This document shows positions 39,972 through 50,804 of a stretch of 64,000 nt of DNA, one piece after another. The DNA comes from an uncultured virus (IMG/VR IMGVR_UViG_3300000553_000007) (Duplodnaviria; Heunggongvirae; Uroviricota; Caudoviricetes), in the IMG/VR virus record IMGVR_UViG_3300000553_000007; one strand, 5' to 3'. A program made the translations under genes and the position numbers. The notes under the pieces are model-generated. The model saw only the letters and a list, made by a program, of their open reading frames with translations. It made no database searches and had not been told where the DNA came from. Numbering within the stretch: position 1 is the first letter of the stretch; the number at the start of each line of letters is the position of its first letter.

Positions 39972-42281
39972 TTATCTCACAATCTTAAATATGTTATCCT
40001 TATCAAAGGTATATATAGTTCCATTATCCTCAACTCTGATTAAAAGTCTAAAATACCTTTCCTGTGGGTAGCCTGTGGTGTCTAATAGGAAATAATTTCC
40101 CGTCGAATCACAACTTATCCTGGTATAATTATCAAACCCAAGTATTATTTCTTCGGTTTCGTTATCTTTAATTTCATAATATGATGATGATGGTAAGTAT
40201 TGTGGGGTCAAAAACTGCGTGAATTGTGTTTGTCGGTTGAAATTCTTAATTGGAAATTCCTGACGAGCGAACACGTTTATTTTAATTATATCGCCTGCAT
40301 TAATCGTTGTAGGCATATTTTGAATTACTGCTGTAAATGGTTTTTTGGTGTCAATTGGAGTTAAACTAGATGATATTAAATTTAAACTTCCGGTATAGAA
40401 ATAACTAGAACTTAATATACTACCAGAAAATGGAGCGTGGATACTAATACCCATCAGAGGTCCTGAAGTGAACACTCCATCAAAAATACCATAATTATTA
40501 ACTCCATAACTAGATGATAAGTGTGTAATTCCTCCAAATGCCTGACCATTAACATAACTTCCTGTGAACCCTACCATTATAGCGGATGGATACATTGGAA
40601 TAAATGGATATGATGCGTTAATGTTAGTACCATTAATCATATATTGATTCCAACTGCCGACTAGATTTCCGTATCCAAGTATATACCCATTAATCAAACT
40701 GGACGTAAATGTACTTCCACTAAATATACCAGATTCTAAGGTTCCCATTAAAAATGACGATGTTACTTGATACGATGGGTCGCAATTTGACCCAGAAAAT
40801 CCTGGTCCAAATTCTTGTTGATATACGTGGTCACTAGTCCAATCATATTGATTAAATTCATTAAATGCGTGACCCCAACCGTATATATCGTGTCCTTCAT
40901 ACTGAGTTTGATTCTGTCCACCTGAATAATTAAATCCAGCATTAAACTGAGGTGTACAAGATTGACATGTTTTTATTACCGTGGCGATTGAACTACTAAT
41001 AGACCCCGAAAAATTTCCGACGATTGACATACTTAGTATTAATCCATTCACTCCCATCGCCGCCATTATTCCACTGGCATAGACAGTCGTAGTGGATGAT
41101 GTGGTAGACGTTTGAATATCAAAACTATAAGAAATACTAGATGACTGTATCATACTAGAAACTCCTGTAAATCCACCATATAATGCGCCGTTTATCACAC
41201 TATTATTTGAAACTATGCCCATCAAACCCGCGTCAACTGATGTTATGTTTGCGCTGGATGTTGTTATACTTCCGGTCGACCAGGAAAAATCATCATTCCA
41301 AGATACATCTAATCTAGGTTCGTAAATCGTATTAGTATCTTTACTAAAGAAATAAAGTCCCATACCTGACCCTGTGGTAGAAAACTCGTCACTACTTACA
41401 ATTAAAAATCCATTGTTTTGAGACCCGCTATAAATCCAACCATTTACTATGTTAGTAACATCCATGTAAACATCTCCGACCTGATAATTGAACTGTTGCG
41501 ATGCGACCGATGATGTATCATATGAAGAGCCTGTTACATCCCAATTTAATTGGTTGGTTGTATCTCTGTAAATCCAACTAGCTCCATCTAAAGAGCCGCC
41601 GTCGGATACATAACCAGTACCCATTACCCAACTTTGTAGTATAGGATATGCATAAATCGAATATTTGATAGGCAATTCTTCTTCTCTAGCTACATTCAAT
41701 TTTAATGAAAATTGTGGATTTGATATATCTCCCTTTACTATAGATTCTGAAATTTGGTTTAAATCAAATTGAATCAGAGCCCTATTAACATATATCAAAT
41801 TCTCTATGACCGTATTTTGTTGGTTTAATATATCTTCACCGACTAAATTTCCTGTAAGAATTTTTCCTGAAAATCCGGCCACAGAACCATTGAAATAATC
41901 CACATAAGATGCTAATAATATGCCGGATACGCTGCCGGTGATACTGCCGCTCATACTACCACTAAATCCATATACAGTAGAACCATCGACGTCTCCTGTA
42001 AAATACGATGTATAAATCGTGGACATGCTGCTGGATATTGTTCCAATTGCAACTGATGATGTCACATTTGATATAGATGCGTTAATAATTGAACCGGAAA
42101 ACCCAGATACACATATAGGAGCCGATGCGGACACTTCTGCTGTACGAGTCGGTAATATACGATTTACTGTTGTGACTTTCGTACCAACTCGTAAAATCTC
42201 ATCTAGACCAAAGCTACTACTGGCATAGCCGATTGTGTTGGTTATAAACGTGTCTTGAGATGGATAAATAAAATGATGCAT
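39972..42281 (-). CDS. Virion structural protein (DNRLRE-like domain, Gly/Ser-rich inserts)
   Basis: QDTFI, RALIQFDL, NNGFLI and FFSKDT...PRL motifs; likely start MHHFIY at 42281. Confidence 0.55.
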   Translation of the reverse strand: MHHFIYPSQDTFITNTIGYASSSFGLDEILRVGTKVTTVNRILPTRTAEVSASAPICVSGFSGSIINASISNVTSSVAIGTISSSMSTIYTSYFTGDVDGSTVYGFSGSMSGSITGSVSGILLASYVDYFNGSVAGFSGKILTGNLVGEDILNQQNTVIENLIYVNRALIQFDLNQISESIVKGDISNPQFSLKLNVAREEELPIKYSIYAYPILQSWVMGTGYVSDGGSLDGASWIYRDTTNQLNWDVTGSSYDTSSVASQQFNYQVGDVYMDVTNIVNGWIYSGSQNNGFLIVSSDEFSTTGSGMGLYFFSKDTNTIYEPRLDVSWNDDFSWSTGSITTSSANITSVDAGLMGIVSNNSVINGALYGGFTGVSSMIQSSSISYSFDIQTSTTSSTTTVYASGIMAAMGVNGLILSMSIVGNFSGSISSSIATVIKTCQSCTPQFNAGFNYSGGQNQTQYEGHDIYGWGHAFNEFNQYDWTSDHVYQQEFGPGFSGSNCDPSYQVTSSFLMGTLESGIFSGSTFTSSLINGYILGYGNLVGSWNQYMINGTNINASYPFIPMYPSAIMVGFTGSYVNGQAFGGITHLSSSYGVNNYGIFDGVFTSGPLMGISIHAPFSGSILSSSYFYTGSLNLISSSLTPIDTKKPFTAVIQNMPTTINAGDIIKINVFARQEFPIKNFNRQTQFTQFLTPQYLPSSSYYEIKDNETEEIILGFDNYTRISCDSTGNYFLLDTTGYPQERYFRLLIRVEDNGTIYTFDKDNIFKIVR

Positions 42282-42282
42282 A

Positions 42283-44271
42283 TTACAATACAGTTCCTCG
42301 TATATCACTATTCGGATATTTGATTTCAAACATTGATGGGTCCAATGATGGATAAATTACATCATTCTGAGTTGATGCTTTTATATCATATTCAACGGAA
42401 GAATAATTTCCTCCGTTGGTCGTTAATGGAGTTAGATTTACAATATTTAATGATGCAATTGTCTGTACACCTTCAATGTTGGCCATCTCCAATCTTAAAC
42501 TATTAAGATTGATTGCCTGTGAAAATTCCCACCGACTAATGTCAAAGAAATTTTTAATGGTTGATATAACATTTGATAATACGTCTTTTTTATTATACCC
42601 CTTAAACGTTGTTATAGAAAAATTAACTCCTATATTAATTATATATCCGTCTATAATATTTATACCATCCGTTAACATTCTGTAACGTTTCAAATAAGTT
42701 AATAAATTGGATGTTAACGCTTCATTAACTTGGGTTAGATTTTGATTTTCATCATATGATAGAACATACAAGTTTACGGCAAATGGATTACTTCCGTCGT
42801 ATGCAATATTTCTAAAATAATTTTGAGTGTTGTTGTTATTCACAGTCGCCGTGTTATTAGAATCTATAGTTCCTGTTAAAATTTGATTTTGATTCACGGT
42901 TAAACTGTTATATGTGATTATTTGGGCCTTGGCAACCGAACCGTATTTAGCAGGCAATGCATATATTCTTGCCAAATAATCGTCTTGAGTGACGACTCGA
43001 TTTTGAGCGGCGAATGCTGCTATAGCATTTTGACGTATATTATCATTACTCTCAGGTCCTGCGCCGCCGACTGTGGCGATGGAATTGTTCACTCTCAACG
43101 ACGTTTTAACTGTATTCAATAGATTAACTTGTTCAGGAGTAAGCCCGTCTACGGTGTTATTAATATTTATAGAATCAACGTTAATCACAGAATTAGATGG
43201 AGAATTGGACTGTATTCCACCTCCTATTGTATAAGTGACTGTTAGAGTTGTATTTTGTGGAGCCAATCCATACGTGTCATTTTTAAGAAAATTTGACGGG
43301 TCTAATGATAAATTTAAATTGTTTATATTAGATAATCCGACTCCGACTTGTTGTGAACTTAGATTTATTATTTCATCTGCGAATCCGTCAGTTCCTGCGC
43401 CAAATTGTAAAAATGTCATGTTATTCTCATCCACATTTTTTGTAAATCGTCTCGAAGTTTTTAAATAATCTAAAATATATGGTACATAACCTTGGTATTG
43501 TGATAAACTTCCTTCAAATGAATCCGTATTAGGAACGTCAGATAACACCATTTCCTGAGCCAAGAAATCCACTTCATACCATATATTATTATCTGCGTCG
43601 GTAACATTTAGTATTTCTAAAACATTAGTTTCATTCAAATAAAGATTTAAATATGGTTGTATTGTACTGACCGTAAATGTCTTTGTGACTGTTCTTCCAG
43701 AACGAACATTAGCAGATTTTTGTAATAAAAAGAATGTAGGAACTCCGGTAGAATCTCTTTGATATACAGATGACGTTAGTGGAGATAAACTTGTATTTAC
43801 TGAGAAGTCAACTGATGTAGATGTCAAAAACGATGCTCCTACATTATTAGACACCTGCATATTCTCTTGAATGCTTAATGCGTAATTGTTATCTGGTATA
43901 TAATTTCCATTATTATCGGTAGTGGATGGACAAATTTGAAATAAATCTACCTCGCCGACTGCTCCTTTGGCTGGTGATGTAGTATAACCTAAATATTTTG
44001 CCAAGGCTATTATGTTCTTTCTTTCGGTTGTATTGTAAAAAAGACCTTCTTTGAACGTATAGTCGGTATAATATGATAAAACGTCGCCTACATACGATGC
44101 CATGTCAATAAACATCATGCCGGGGGCAGCATCCGTGAAATCCGCATAAGTATTAGGATAGTAATATTTAGCAAAATTGATTAAATTATCTCGGAACGAT
44201 GAAAAATCTTTGTTAAGATATTTTACCTCTTTACTACCCGGTTTAAATGATTTTTGTGTTGTGGTGGCCAT
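42283..44271 (-). CDS. Baseplate wedge subunit (T4 gp6/baseplate J-like)
   Basis: YLNKDF..FR.NL, MASYVGDVLSYY.D, LQFG.G, GG..PES...IR and QNRVVT.DDY motifs. Confidence 0.88.
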   Translation of the reverse strand: MATTTQKSFKPGSKEVKYLNKDFSSFRDNLINFAKYYYPNTYADFTDAAPGMMFIDMASYVGDVLSYYTDYTFKEGLFYNTTERKNIIALAKYLGYTTSPAKGAVGEVDLFQICPSTTDNNGNYIPDNNYALSIQENMQVSNNVGASFLTSTSVDFSVNTSLSPLTSSVYQRDSTGVPTFFLLQKSANVRSGRTVTKTFTVSTIQPYLNLYLNETNVLEILNVTDADNNIWYEVDFLAQEMVLSDVPNTDSFEGSLSQYQGYVPYILDYLKTSRRFTKNVDENNMTFLQFGAGTDGFADEIINLSSQQVGVGLSNINNLNLSLDPSNFLKNDTYGLAPQNTTLTVTYTIGGGIQSNSPSNSVINVDSININNTVDGLTPEQVNLLNTVKTSLRVNNSIATVGGAGPESNDNIRQNAIAAFAAQNRVVTQDDYLARIYALPAKYGSVAKAQIITYNSLTVNQNQILTGTIDSNNTATVNNNNTQNYFRNIAYDGSNPFAVNLYVLSYDENQNLTQVNEALTSNLLTYLKRYRMLTDGINIIDGYIINIGVNFSITTFKGYNKKDVLSNVISTIKNFFDISRWEFSQAINLNSLRLEMANIEGVQTIASLNIVNLTPLTTNGGNYSSVEYDIKASTQNDVIYPSLDPSMFEIKYPNSDIRGTVL

Positions 44272-44272
44272 A

Positions 44273-44707
44273 TTACAATGTCGTATTATTGATTGTGACT
44301 AATACCGTATCAGTTTGTTTTGTCAAATTGACCGTAAACGTCACAGCAATCTGTAACATATAAATATCCCTGTTTGAACTTATTTGGTCAGTTGTTAGTA
44401 GGTTTGCTGTTATATCTACAACGGTCACGTTTGGTATCCACGTTAATATGTCTTCATTTACTATATTAATGGCCTGGTCTTTCAACGTATCTACGTTTTG
44501 TTCGAACACCAAATTCCAAAGTCTGGTTCCAAATGTCGGTTGAAATCGTCTTTCACCTTGACGAGTATTCAATAAATTGATAATATTAGTCTTTACTTGT
44601 GTAAGAGTATCAAAGGATTGATTAAAAAACCCACTATTACCATCTTGAATTGGTATAGTAAGACCTATCGGTTTAGCCGTCGTGGGGTTTATGATGTTTG
44701 TTGCCAT
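44273..44707 (-). CDS. Baseplate wedge/sheath initiator, gp25-like
   Basis: NIINLLNT.QGERRFQPTFGT.L...VFE...WIP.V motif. Confidence 0.9.
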   Translation of the reverse strand: MATNIINPTTAKPIGLTIPIQDGNSGFFNQSFDTLTQVKTNIINLLNTRQGERRFQPTFGTRLWNLVFEQNVDTLKDQAINIVNEDILTWIPNVTVVDITANLLTTDQISSNRDIYMLQIAVTFTVNLTKQTDTVLVTINNTTL

Positions 44708-44708
44708 A

Positions 44709-45263
44709 TTATCCGCCCATAATTGTTCCTGGATTTATAAATCCACCACCACCACCTCTTTTCTGTTCGTCCATTTTTCGCATAACTGCTCTAAAATCCT
44801 TCTTAAATACACCCTTTAAAACGTCTGGAATTTCTGCCCCAGAATCTAATACCGATTGTTGTTGTGGAACTGGAGAACTATTAACCATTTGTTTCAAGAA
44901 ACCTAGATTCGTTGCGGGTTCTTGAGTTTCTATCCCAACATTCTCATTTTGTCCAATTCGGTCAAATCCACCATCCATTAATTCAGCCAATCCAGAAGTT
45001 AAATCTCTAGTTCTCTGTAGAGGTTTTGAATGTCGGGCCGTTTCGGCTAATACCGAGTTATATTTTGGATTTTTAGTGTGTATTATCTCTGGAATTTCTT
45101 CCTCTACACCTTCGGTGAGTCTCTGGGCGTCATTGGATTTTATTTCCTTGACCATTTCAACTAATACCTTACCCATAACTTTACTTACTTCTTCGGCCAC
45201 AGCTTTTCGTACTTCTTCTCTGACCAATCCTCTTATCGCTTTTTTTAGTTCGTCTATTTTCAT
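44709..45263 (-). CDS. Hypothetical protein (baseplate operon)
   Basis: LKKAIRGLVREE helical leader. Confidence 0.6.
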   Translation of the reverse strand: MKIDELKKAIRGLVREEVRKAVAEEVSKVMGKVLVEMVKEIKSNDAQRLTEGVEEEIPEIIHTKNPKYNSVLAETARHSKPLQRTRDLTSGLAELMDGGFDRIGQNENVGIETQEPATNLGFLKQMVNSSPVPQQQSVLDSGAEIPDVLKGVFKKDFRAVMRKMDEQKRGGGGGFINPGTIMGG

Positions 45264-45275
45264 ATATGTATGTGT

Positions 45276-46898
45276 TTATTTATGATTAACTCCCGACCAT
45301 CCTCCGGGAACTCCATCCCCCGATGACGTCGAGATTGATATCGGAGGTTTTCCTCCAGAAATATTTTTTCCATTTTGTCCTGGAGCGAACCCGCCACCAA
45401 CCACGAATACTCTTCTACTCATAAGCGATTTAAGCGTATCTCTCAATATTTGTAATTTCATATATTGTACGGTTGTTTGTGTTTGTATCGGATTAGGATT
45501 GCCAACATCCCCGCCCTGCGCATCAGGATGTGTATGTTTATATAGATGAGTATGTTCCAACATCCAGTTACACATATCATACAACCAATTCACAGTCGTT
45601 TGACCTAACAAAACGGGTTCGGCCGTTTGATTATACTCTCCTAAATAAATAGCCGGGGAATTCAATACCGTTTTATTATTTGTTGTAATAACAATTTGAT
45701 TATGGGCGTCTATAGTATACTCGTCATCAGTAACAAATGCCATTCTTCGTTTAGAATAATGGAACATTTCATTCTTTTTTGATGAAATGACTATTCTATC
45801 GCTATTAATTACTATCTGGTCCCCTGTAAGTTTTGGATATACAAACGTCGTGGCTCCTGGCGGCTCGAATGTCGATTGTTCTTCTCCGACACCAAACATT
45901 GACTTATAACACGTAGTCTTATACCCACTCAACGTTACGCCTGATGTTATGTGGATGGATGACCCATCATTATTAACATCTTCTAACATATAACCACCTA
46001 CGTTCTTTTCATCGACATTACTCTTATCTAACGGTCTTTGGCGGTTACGTATAATAATCATTGGATTTCCGCCACCAGCTTCTTTTTTAGAAGATGGATT
46101 TATTACGCCACTTCCTTTATAGTCGGTATATCCTACGAAATCTGAATTATATCCTTTGTCATTATCTCTATTATCGTCATAAGACGCAAATCTAATAGAT
46201 TGTCCGAATCTACTTTCAAATACTAAGTCACCTTCTCGTCTTTTAATTGAACGAATTCTAGGATTATAAGTGAAATATCTTCCTAATGCCCCTGAATATC
46301 CGATACTACCTAATGAATTTAATTTTGATAGTGGGCCGACATATGGGACTTTTGGGTCTGTGGTTTTTAAAACTAATTCACGATTTCCCTGTACTATCGA
46401 ATTTTTAGAATCCCTAAATCCACCCGCAGAAATTTCAGAGTTGAAATCTGCATTTGCATTTGGTGTATTAAATGTGTTTATTTTTTTTGTATAGTAATAC
46501 TGACCAAGATAAAAAACAACACCCACAGTCTCATTTAATATTGGATATTCTGACGTATTTGAGTCTAATGGCATCGCCCAAATTAAATCTTCTTTCTCTA
46601 CATTCATCTGACTATAAACGAGTCTTACCAATACTCTACCAATCCAAGTATAATCTGGGTCATCTTTATCTGGTTGTTTCCCATTAATGCTTACCGGCCA
46701 TTGGTCTGGATTTAACTTAAATCTACCGTTGGTAAAATATGGGTGGGTTTTATCTAATATAATATCGAGAACTATGGCTGGTTCTATTTCATAAAATTCA
46801 TCCGACGAAGTAGACCTATTTTTACTAAGTCTATTTGATAATGATGTTACATCTAAGATTGGAGACGATGTACTAGATGGTTTATTCCAATATGACAT
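45276..46898 (-). CDS. Baseplate hub/central spike, gp5-like
   Basis: N-terminal OB-like region (YPILNETV), EGD..FESRFGQSIRF, QIVINSDRIV beta repeats, PVLLG and HTH..KHTH metal-binding tip motif; upstream of gp25. Confidence 0.65.
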   Translation of the reverse strand: MSYWNKPSSTSSPILDVTSLSNRLSKNRSTSSDEFYEIEPAIVLDIILDKTHPYFTNGRFKLNPDQWPVSINGKQPDKDDPDYTWIGRVLVRLVYSQMNVEKEDLIWAMPLDSNTSEYPILNETVGVVFYLGQYYYTKKINTFNTPNANADFNSEISAGGFRDSKNSIVQGNRELVLKTTDPKVPYVGPLSKLNSLGSIGYSGALGRYFTYNPRIRSIKRREGDLVFESRFGQSIRFASYDDNRDNDKGYNSDFVGYTDYKGSGVINPSSKKEAGGGNPMIIIRNRQRPLDKSNVDEKNVGGYMLEDVNNDGSSIHITSGVTLSGYKTTCYKSMFGVGEEQSTFEPPGATTFVYPKLTGDQIVINSDRIVISSKKNEMFHYSKRRMAFVTDDEYTIDAHNQIVITTNNKTVLNSPAIYLGEYNQTAEPVLLGQTTVNWLYDMCNWMLEHTHLYKHTHPDAQGGDVGNPNPIQTQTTVQYMKLQILRDTLKSLMSRRVFVVGGGFAPGQNGKNISGGKPPISISTSSGDGVPGGWSGVNHK

Positions 46899-46902
46899 AT
46901 AA

Positions 46903-47280
46903 TTATTTGTCTTTAGATATCTTAGTCACGGTTATAGGAGTTCCGTCAGCTATATTATTGATACTGGCCATTAGTTCTTTCTTTTCTTCTTCACTAAGAC
47001 CCAACGAACCTCCACCGGCTTCCGATGAAGCCTGCGCCGACATAATTCTCTGACATATTTGAGCTAATTTTACGAGATGTTCATCGTTGGAAATGCCAGC
47101 ATCAATGTATTGTTTAATCAGAGGGAATACTTGCATGGCGTCATTGATGGTTTTAATCATGGGACGTAAATCGGATATCATGACTTCAATCTGCGTTTTA
47201 CGAGCAGATTGATTAGTCACGATATCTTTACACAAATCCTTGAAAGATTTGCCATTATATAAGTCTAAATCAATATCCAT
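46903..47280 (-). CDS. Conserved hypothetical helical protein
   Basis: 125 aa; TATTTATA motif 5 nt upstream of the ATG. Confidence 0.6.
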   Translation of the reverse strand: MDIDLDLYNGKSFKDLCKDIVTNQSARKTQIEVMISDLRPMIKTINDAMQVFPLIKQYIDAGISNDEHLVKLAQICQRIMSAQASSEAGGGSLGLSEEEKKELMASINNIADGTPITVTKISKDK

Positions 47281-47311
47281 ACGTCTATAAATAGAACCAT
47301 ATGAATGTTTA

Positions 47312-48256
47312 TTAGACCTTAATGTAATTTTCAGTATTTATAGACCCACGATTTATATAAGAACGGGAGATATTATTCTGATATTGTTTCATCTTATTGA
47401 TGACTTTCGTTATTTGTTGGGTCTTACATGTAGAAATTTCTCTAATATACAAATACAGAGCCTTTTTATTAAAAGCGTCTATCCTCTCAGACGAACGAAA
47501 TAACTCAATAACGGCGTTGGCAATATCCAAATCTCGTTGTTTTGTGAATATCTTATTCACATTATTTTCCCAAAATTTTATCATTAAATTGATAAATTCA
47601 CGCATTTCCGCGTCTTTATAATGGGTGTCTTCGGTCTGTAACTGAACGGTGTGTTCGTCGTGTTCTTCGCCTATTTCAACGTGTTGATTACGTCTTTTAT
47701 AGTTAGAATTATTCAATGCTATTAAATAATGTTTTGCAATAATGGAGAAATATGCAAATGCTTTACCTTTACCGGCTTCAAATTTGTGTATGTTAGATAC
47801 TAAATGAGATACGGTTTCTCTCTGAGCATCTAATGGACTTGTCTCAAAATAACTGAATTTAAAGGTATTAAAGATGTTTTCCACCAATTTTTCAAATGGA
47901 TATTTAATTTTTGTATTGTAAATATCCTCTCTATATTGGATATCCTCCGATGCATTGTATTTTATAATATTATCTTCTGTCTCTTGTGTAAAATACATTC
48001 TATCTGGAGAGGTTCCGCCTTTACTTTTTCTACCACGTTTCTTTGGTAATGTTATCGGAACGGCAACAGTAGTAAGAATTGGAGTCGCAATAGGGGGTAC
48101 GACTGTCAAAGAGATTGGTGACTCTGTTGTTTGTGTAGGAGATTTTACCTTCTTGGTATATTTTCTTACAACCTTAGGTACGGTCTTTTTTTGTTTTTTA
48201 ATAACAACTTTAGATTTCTGTACACGATGATTCTTTAGGACTTTTTTCTTTTTCAT
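47312..48256 (-). CDS. Sigma-factor-like protein (gp55-like late sigma, putative)
   Basis: YFTQETE..I, then HKFEAGKGKAFAYFSIIAKHYL, resembling sigma region 2 and the AFAYF motif of gp55-like factors; basic, low-complexity N-terminus. Confidence 0.55.
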   Translation of the reverse strand: MKKKKVLKNHRVQKSKVVIKKQKKTVPKVVRKYTKKVKSPTQTTESPISLTVVPPIATPILTTVAVPITLPKKRGRKSKGGTSPDRMYFTQETEDNIIKYNASEDIQYREDIYNTKIKYPFEKLVENIFNTFKFSYFETSPLDAQRETVSHLVSNIHKFEAGKGKAFAYFSIIAKHYLIALNNSNYKRRNQHVEIGEEHDEHTVQLQTEDTHYKDAEMREFINLMIKFWENNVNKIFTKQRDLDIANAVIELFRSSERIDAFNKKALYLYIREISTCKTQQITKVINKMKQYQNNISRSYINRGSINTENYIKV

Positions 48257-48263
48257 AGAAAAC

Positions 48264-48554
48264 TTATTCTCCTTCTTCTGTGGTTTCTTCTGTCCTATCG
48301 TTGAGACTCTTTATAAGGAGCATCATGTCTTGGAAAACTACACCAACGTCATCATCCTTCTCGAACATTTGCTTGTCATCAAGCAATTTCATATGAGCCC
48401 AAATCTTAAATACTTGGGTTCGCCAGTCGGATATCCAATTAGAATAAATTTCATTTATCACTAACTGTCGTTCGCCTGCTCTCCAGAAGAGGACGTTGGC
48501 GACGATAGATACTGTTAACAATACCGATAATAATATAACTAAAAAAACTAGCAT
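48264..48554 (-). CDS. Small membrane-anchored protein
   Basis: Hydrophobic N-terminal helix; FEKDDDVG motif. Confidence 0.6.
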   Translation of the reverse strand: MLVFLVILLSVLLTVSIVANVLFWRAGERQLVINEIYSNWISDWRTQVFKIWAHMKLLDDKQMFEKDDDVGVVFQDMMLLIKSLNDRTEETTEEGE

Positions 48555-48559
48555 AATGC

Positions 48560-48694
48560 TTATTCTTCTTCGTAATGGGGTTCGTCTTGAAATTCTTGAA
48601 CGTATTCAAGAGCATCGTTGACTGAATCCCAATCATTTCTTTTTATGGCTTTGTTTAACAACTCTACTATATTATTTATATCTGTTTGATTCAT
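48560..48694 (-). CDS. Small acidic protein (44 aa, not in the ORF track)
   Basis: Manual translation MNQTDINNIVELLNKAIKENDWDSVNDALEYVQEFQDEPHYEEE*; fills the gap before 48554. Confidence 0.5.
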   Translation of the reverse strand: MNQTDINNIVELLNKAIKRNDWDSVNDALEYVQEFQDEPHYEEE

Positions 48695-48769
48695 CGTAGA
48701 TTACGCTTAAGTAATCGTGACATATATAGTTTAGTAATTAACCAAATGCTCAAAAATTTTAACTTTCTA

Positions 48770-48798
48770 AGTTTAGTACATAACTTACCATTTGTCAA
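48770..48798 (-). promoter_or_regulatory. Sigma70-like promoter (TTGACA-N17-TAAACT)
   Basis: Intergenic; upstream of the small-gene/sigma-like cluster. Confidence 0.45.
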
Positions 48799-48806
48799 GT
48801 ATCAAA

Positions 48807-49844
48807 TTAACTAATTTTGAACATACTTCTAAAAAAATCACTCATACCATCCGTTGAAGATGGGGTGGTGGAATCATTTAGTTTTTCTATTATTGGTTCT
48901 GCGGGTGTAGTAATAATCGTCTCGGCAGATTGTAATGGAGTGGAGATTGGTGGTTCTGGCTGTGTTGGCGGAGGTTGTACGACGTTTGTTTGTATCTGTG
49001 GTATTGTCGGTTCGTTTGGTGGAGTTATGATATTAATCGATTTGTCTTCTTTTTTATAAGTCGCTACATTGTATGCTAATATTAAACAAATAGCTAATGG
49101 GTCAAAGACAAAAATAATTGTAATTATAAACCATCTGGCCACAGTGTCCAGTGGTAATTTTAATGCATCTGCAACAAATTTAAATGTCTGAACGTCTTTT
49201 TTACCAGCAGTTCCCAGTTTTAATTGATTGATTTGGTCATCTATCTTAGCTACACCATCAATTGAATCTTGTATTTTTACATTTTCATCCTTGATAGTTT
49301 TGTCGGTATCACTAATCAAATCGACGTTTTGTTGTTGAAGTTGTCTTAGTTGTACAGGATTTCTTGAAATATATTCATTAGTTAATATCTGAGACATCCT
49401 AGATTCTTCTGATTCGCGCAATTTTACTAAATCATCTATTCTTTTCTTAGATGCGTCGATTTTATCGTGATAATAAGTTTTTTGGTCTTGTATGGCGACT
49501 ATTTTATCTTGAGTTACACCGAATTCAATTGAAGATTTTTGGAAAGCTGCTGATAGATATCCGAAAATACCTAGTGATGTAATAATCATTAGTATCAAAA
49601 TTGCAGATACTAAATAAGATTTTAACAATAATGTACATTCAGACCAATATCGATATAAGAATGTAGTACCTACTAATTTTCCTATTTCAAGAGTTGATGC
49701 CATCACCATAGCTGATATGGATGCTCCTGCAAATAACGTTGCAATTCCATATACACTAAAAAATGCAGAACAAAATGCTATTAGTAATGCTGAAATTCCC
49801 AATACCATCGGAAATTTTGACGGCGGCAATAATTTATCTTTCAT
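48807..49844 (-). CDS. Membrane protein with three N-terminal TM helices, a coiled coil and a C-terminal TM
   Basis: Hydrophobic segments; LEIGKLV, TSLGIFGYLS and IFVFDPLAI motifs. Confidence 0.7.
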   Translation of the reverse strand: MKDKLLPPSKFPMVLGISALLIAFCSAFFSVYGIATLFAGASISAMVMASTLEIGKLVGTTFLYRYWSECTLLLKSYLVSAILILMIITSLGIFGYLSAAFQKSSIEFGVTQDKIVAIQDQKTYYHDKIDASKKRIDDLVKLRESEESRMSQILTNEYISRNPVQLRQLQQQNVDLISDTDKTIKDENVKIQDSIDGVAKIDDQINQLKLGTAGKKDVQTFKFVADALKLPLDTVARWFIITIIFVFDPLAICLILAYNVATYKKEDKSINIITPPNEPTIPQIQTNVVQPPPTQPEPPISTPLQSAETIITTPAEPIIEKLNDSTTPSSTDGMSDFFRSMFKIS

Positions 49845-49857
49845 TTTATATAAATTT

Positions 49858-50802
49858 TTAATAATATCCGATAATATAACAATTTATATAATCTACTCTA
49901 CAGATATCAAATAATGTTATGAAACTTCCTGATAACGCGGATGTATCAAATGGAAAAATGGCCTGATTTGATACGATATAATGTTGGTCGCCGGATGCTG
50001 GAGTAGAATTTATTAAATATAAACTAGCGGCTTTAGATGAACTAATTGAAGTTATAACGTGACCGGTTCCACCACCAAGGCCGCTGGTGGACGCATACAT
50101 AATAAGAGCCGATGCTGAGACAATCCAAGGATAACTTGATGCTTGAATCGTAACTATAGAAGATGATGTCGTATTAGATGTATTAGTCGGAACTGTAGTA
50201 TTAAAAATTATCGGCGTTATAAATTTTGGGCCATAAACCGCTGAAGATACATAACTAGCTGAACGAGCGTTCAACGATGAAGATGCCCACGATGCCGATG
50301 TGGCTGATGTGGCCGATGTTGCAAATAATGCCGAGTTCGCTTGAGTAGATGAACTGGCATACGAAGAACTTGTAGATGTGATACTCGAATTCGATGTAAT
50401 AGATTGACTTGCAAATGAGGCAGATGTAGACGTAAATGAGGCAGATGCCCAAGACCCTGATACTTGAATTGGAGTAGTTTGTGCGAATGATGCCGATATT
50501 GATTTACTAGATGTAATCGAATATGAGGCGGTCGATGTATTTGGATAAATTAAATTACTGGAAGTTAACGATGTCGACGCAAATGACGATGAACATGAAT
50601 TGTCACTAAAATTTGAATGTGATGCGGATACTGATACTAATGATGAACTAGCGCCAACAGATGCTGATATCCAATTACCGACTTGAGTAAATGTGGTTCT
50701 ATACGTGGTTAATGATGAACTCTGAACTAATGGTATAAAATCACTAGAACTTATAGAAAATAATGGATTTAATCCGCTTATTGGTATGCTTATATTTGAC
50801 AT
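49858..50802 (-). CDS. Ser/Thr/Ala-rich fibre-like virion protein
   Basis: Repeated SASF/SASW/TASY units between globular ends. Confidence 0.6.
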   Translation of the reverse strand: MSNISIPISGLNPLFSISSSDFIPLVQSSSLTTYRTTFTQVGNWISASVGASSSLVSVSASHSNFSDNSCSSSFASTSLTSSNLIYPNTSTASYSITSSKSISASFAQTTPIQVSGSWASASFTSTSASFASQSITSNSSITSTSSSYASSSTQANSALFATSATSATSASWASSSLNARSASYVSSAVYGPKFITPIIFNTTVPTNTSNTTSSSIVTIQASSYPWIVSASALIMYASTSGLGGGTGHVITSISSSKAASLYLINSTPASGDQHYIVSNQAIFPFDTSALSGSFITLFDICRVDYINCYIIGYY

Positions 50803-50804
50803 AA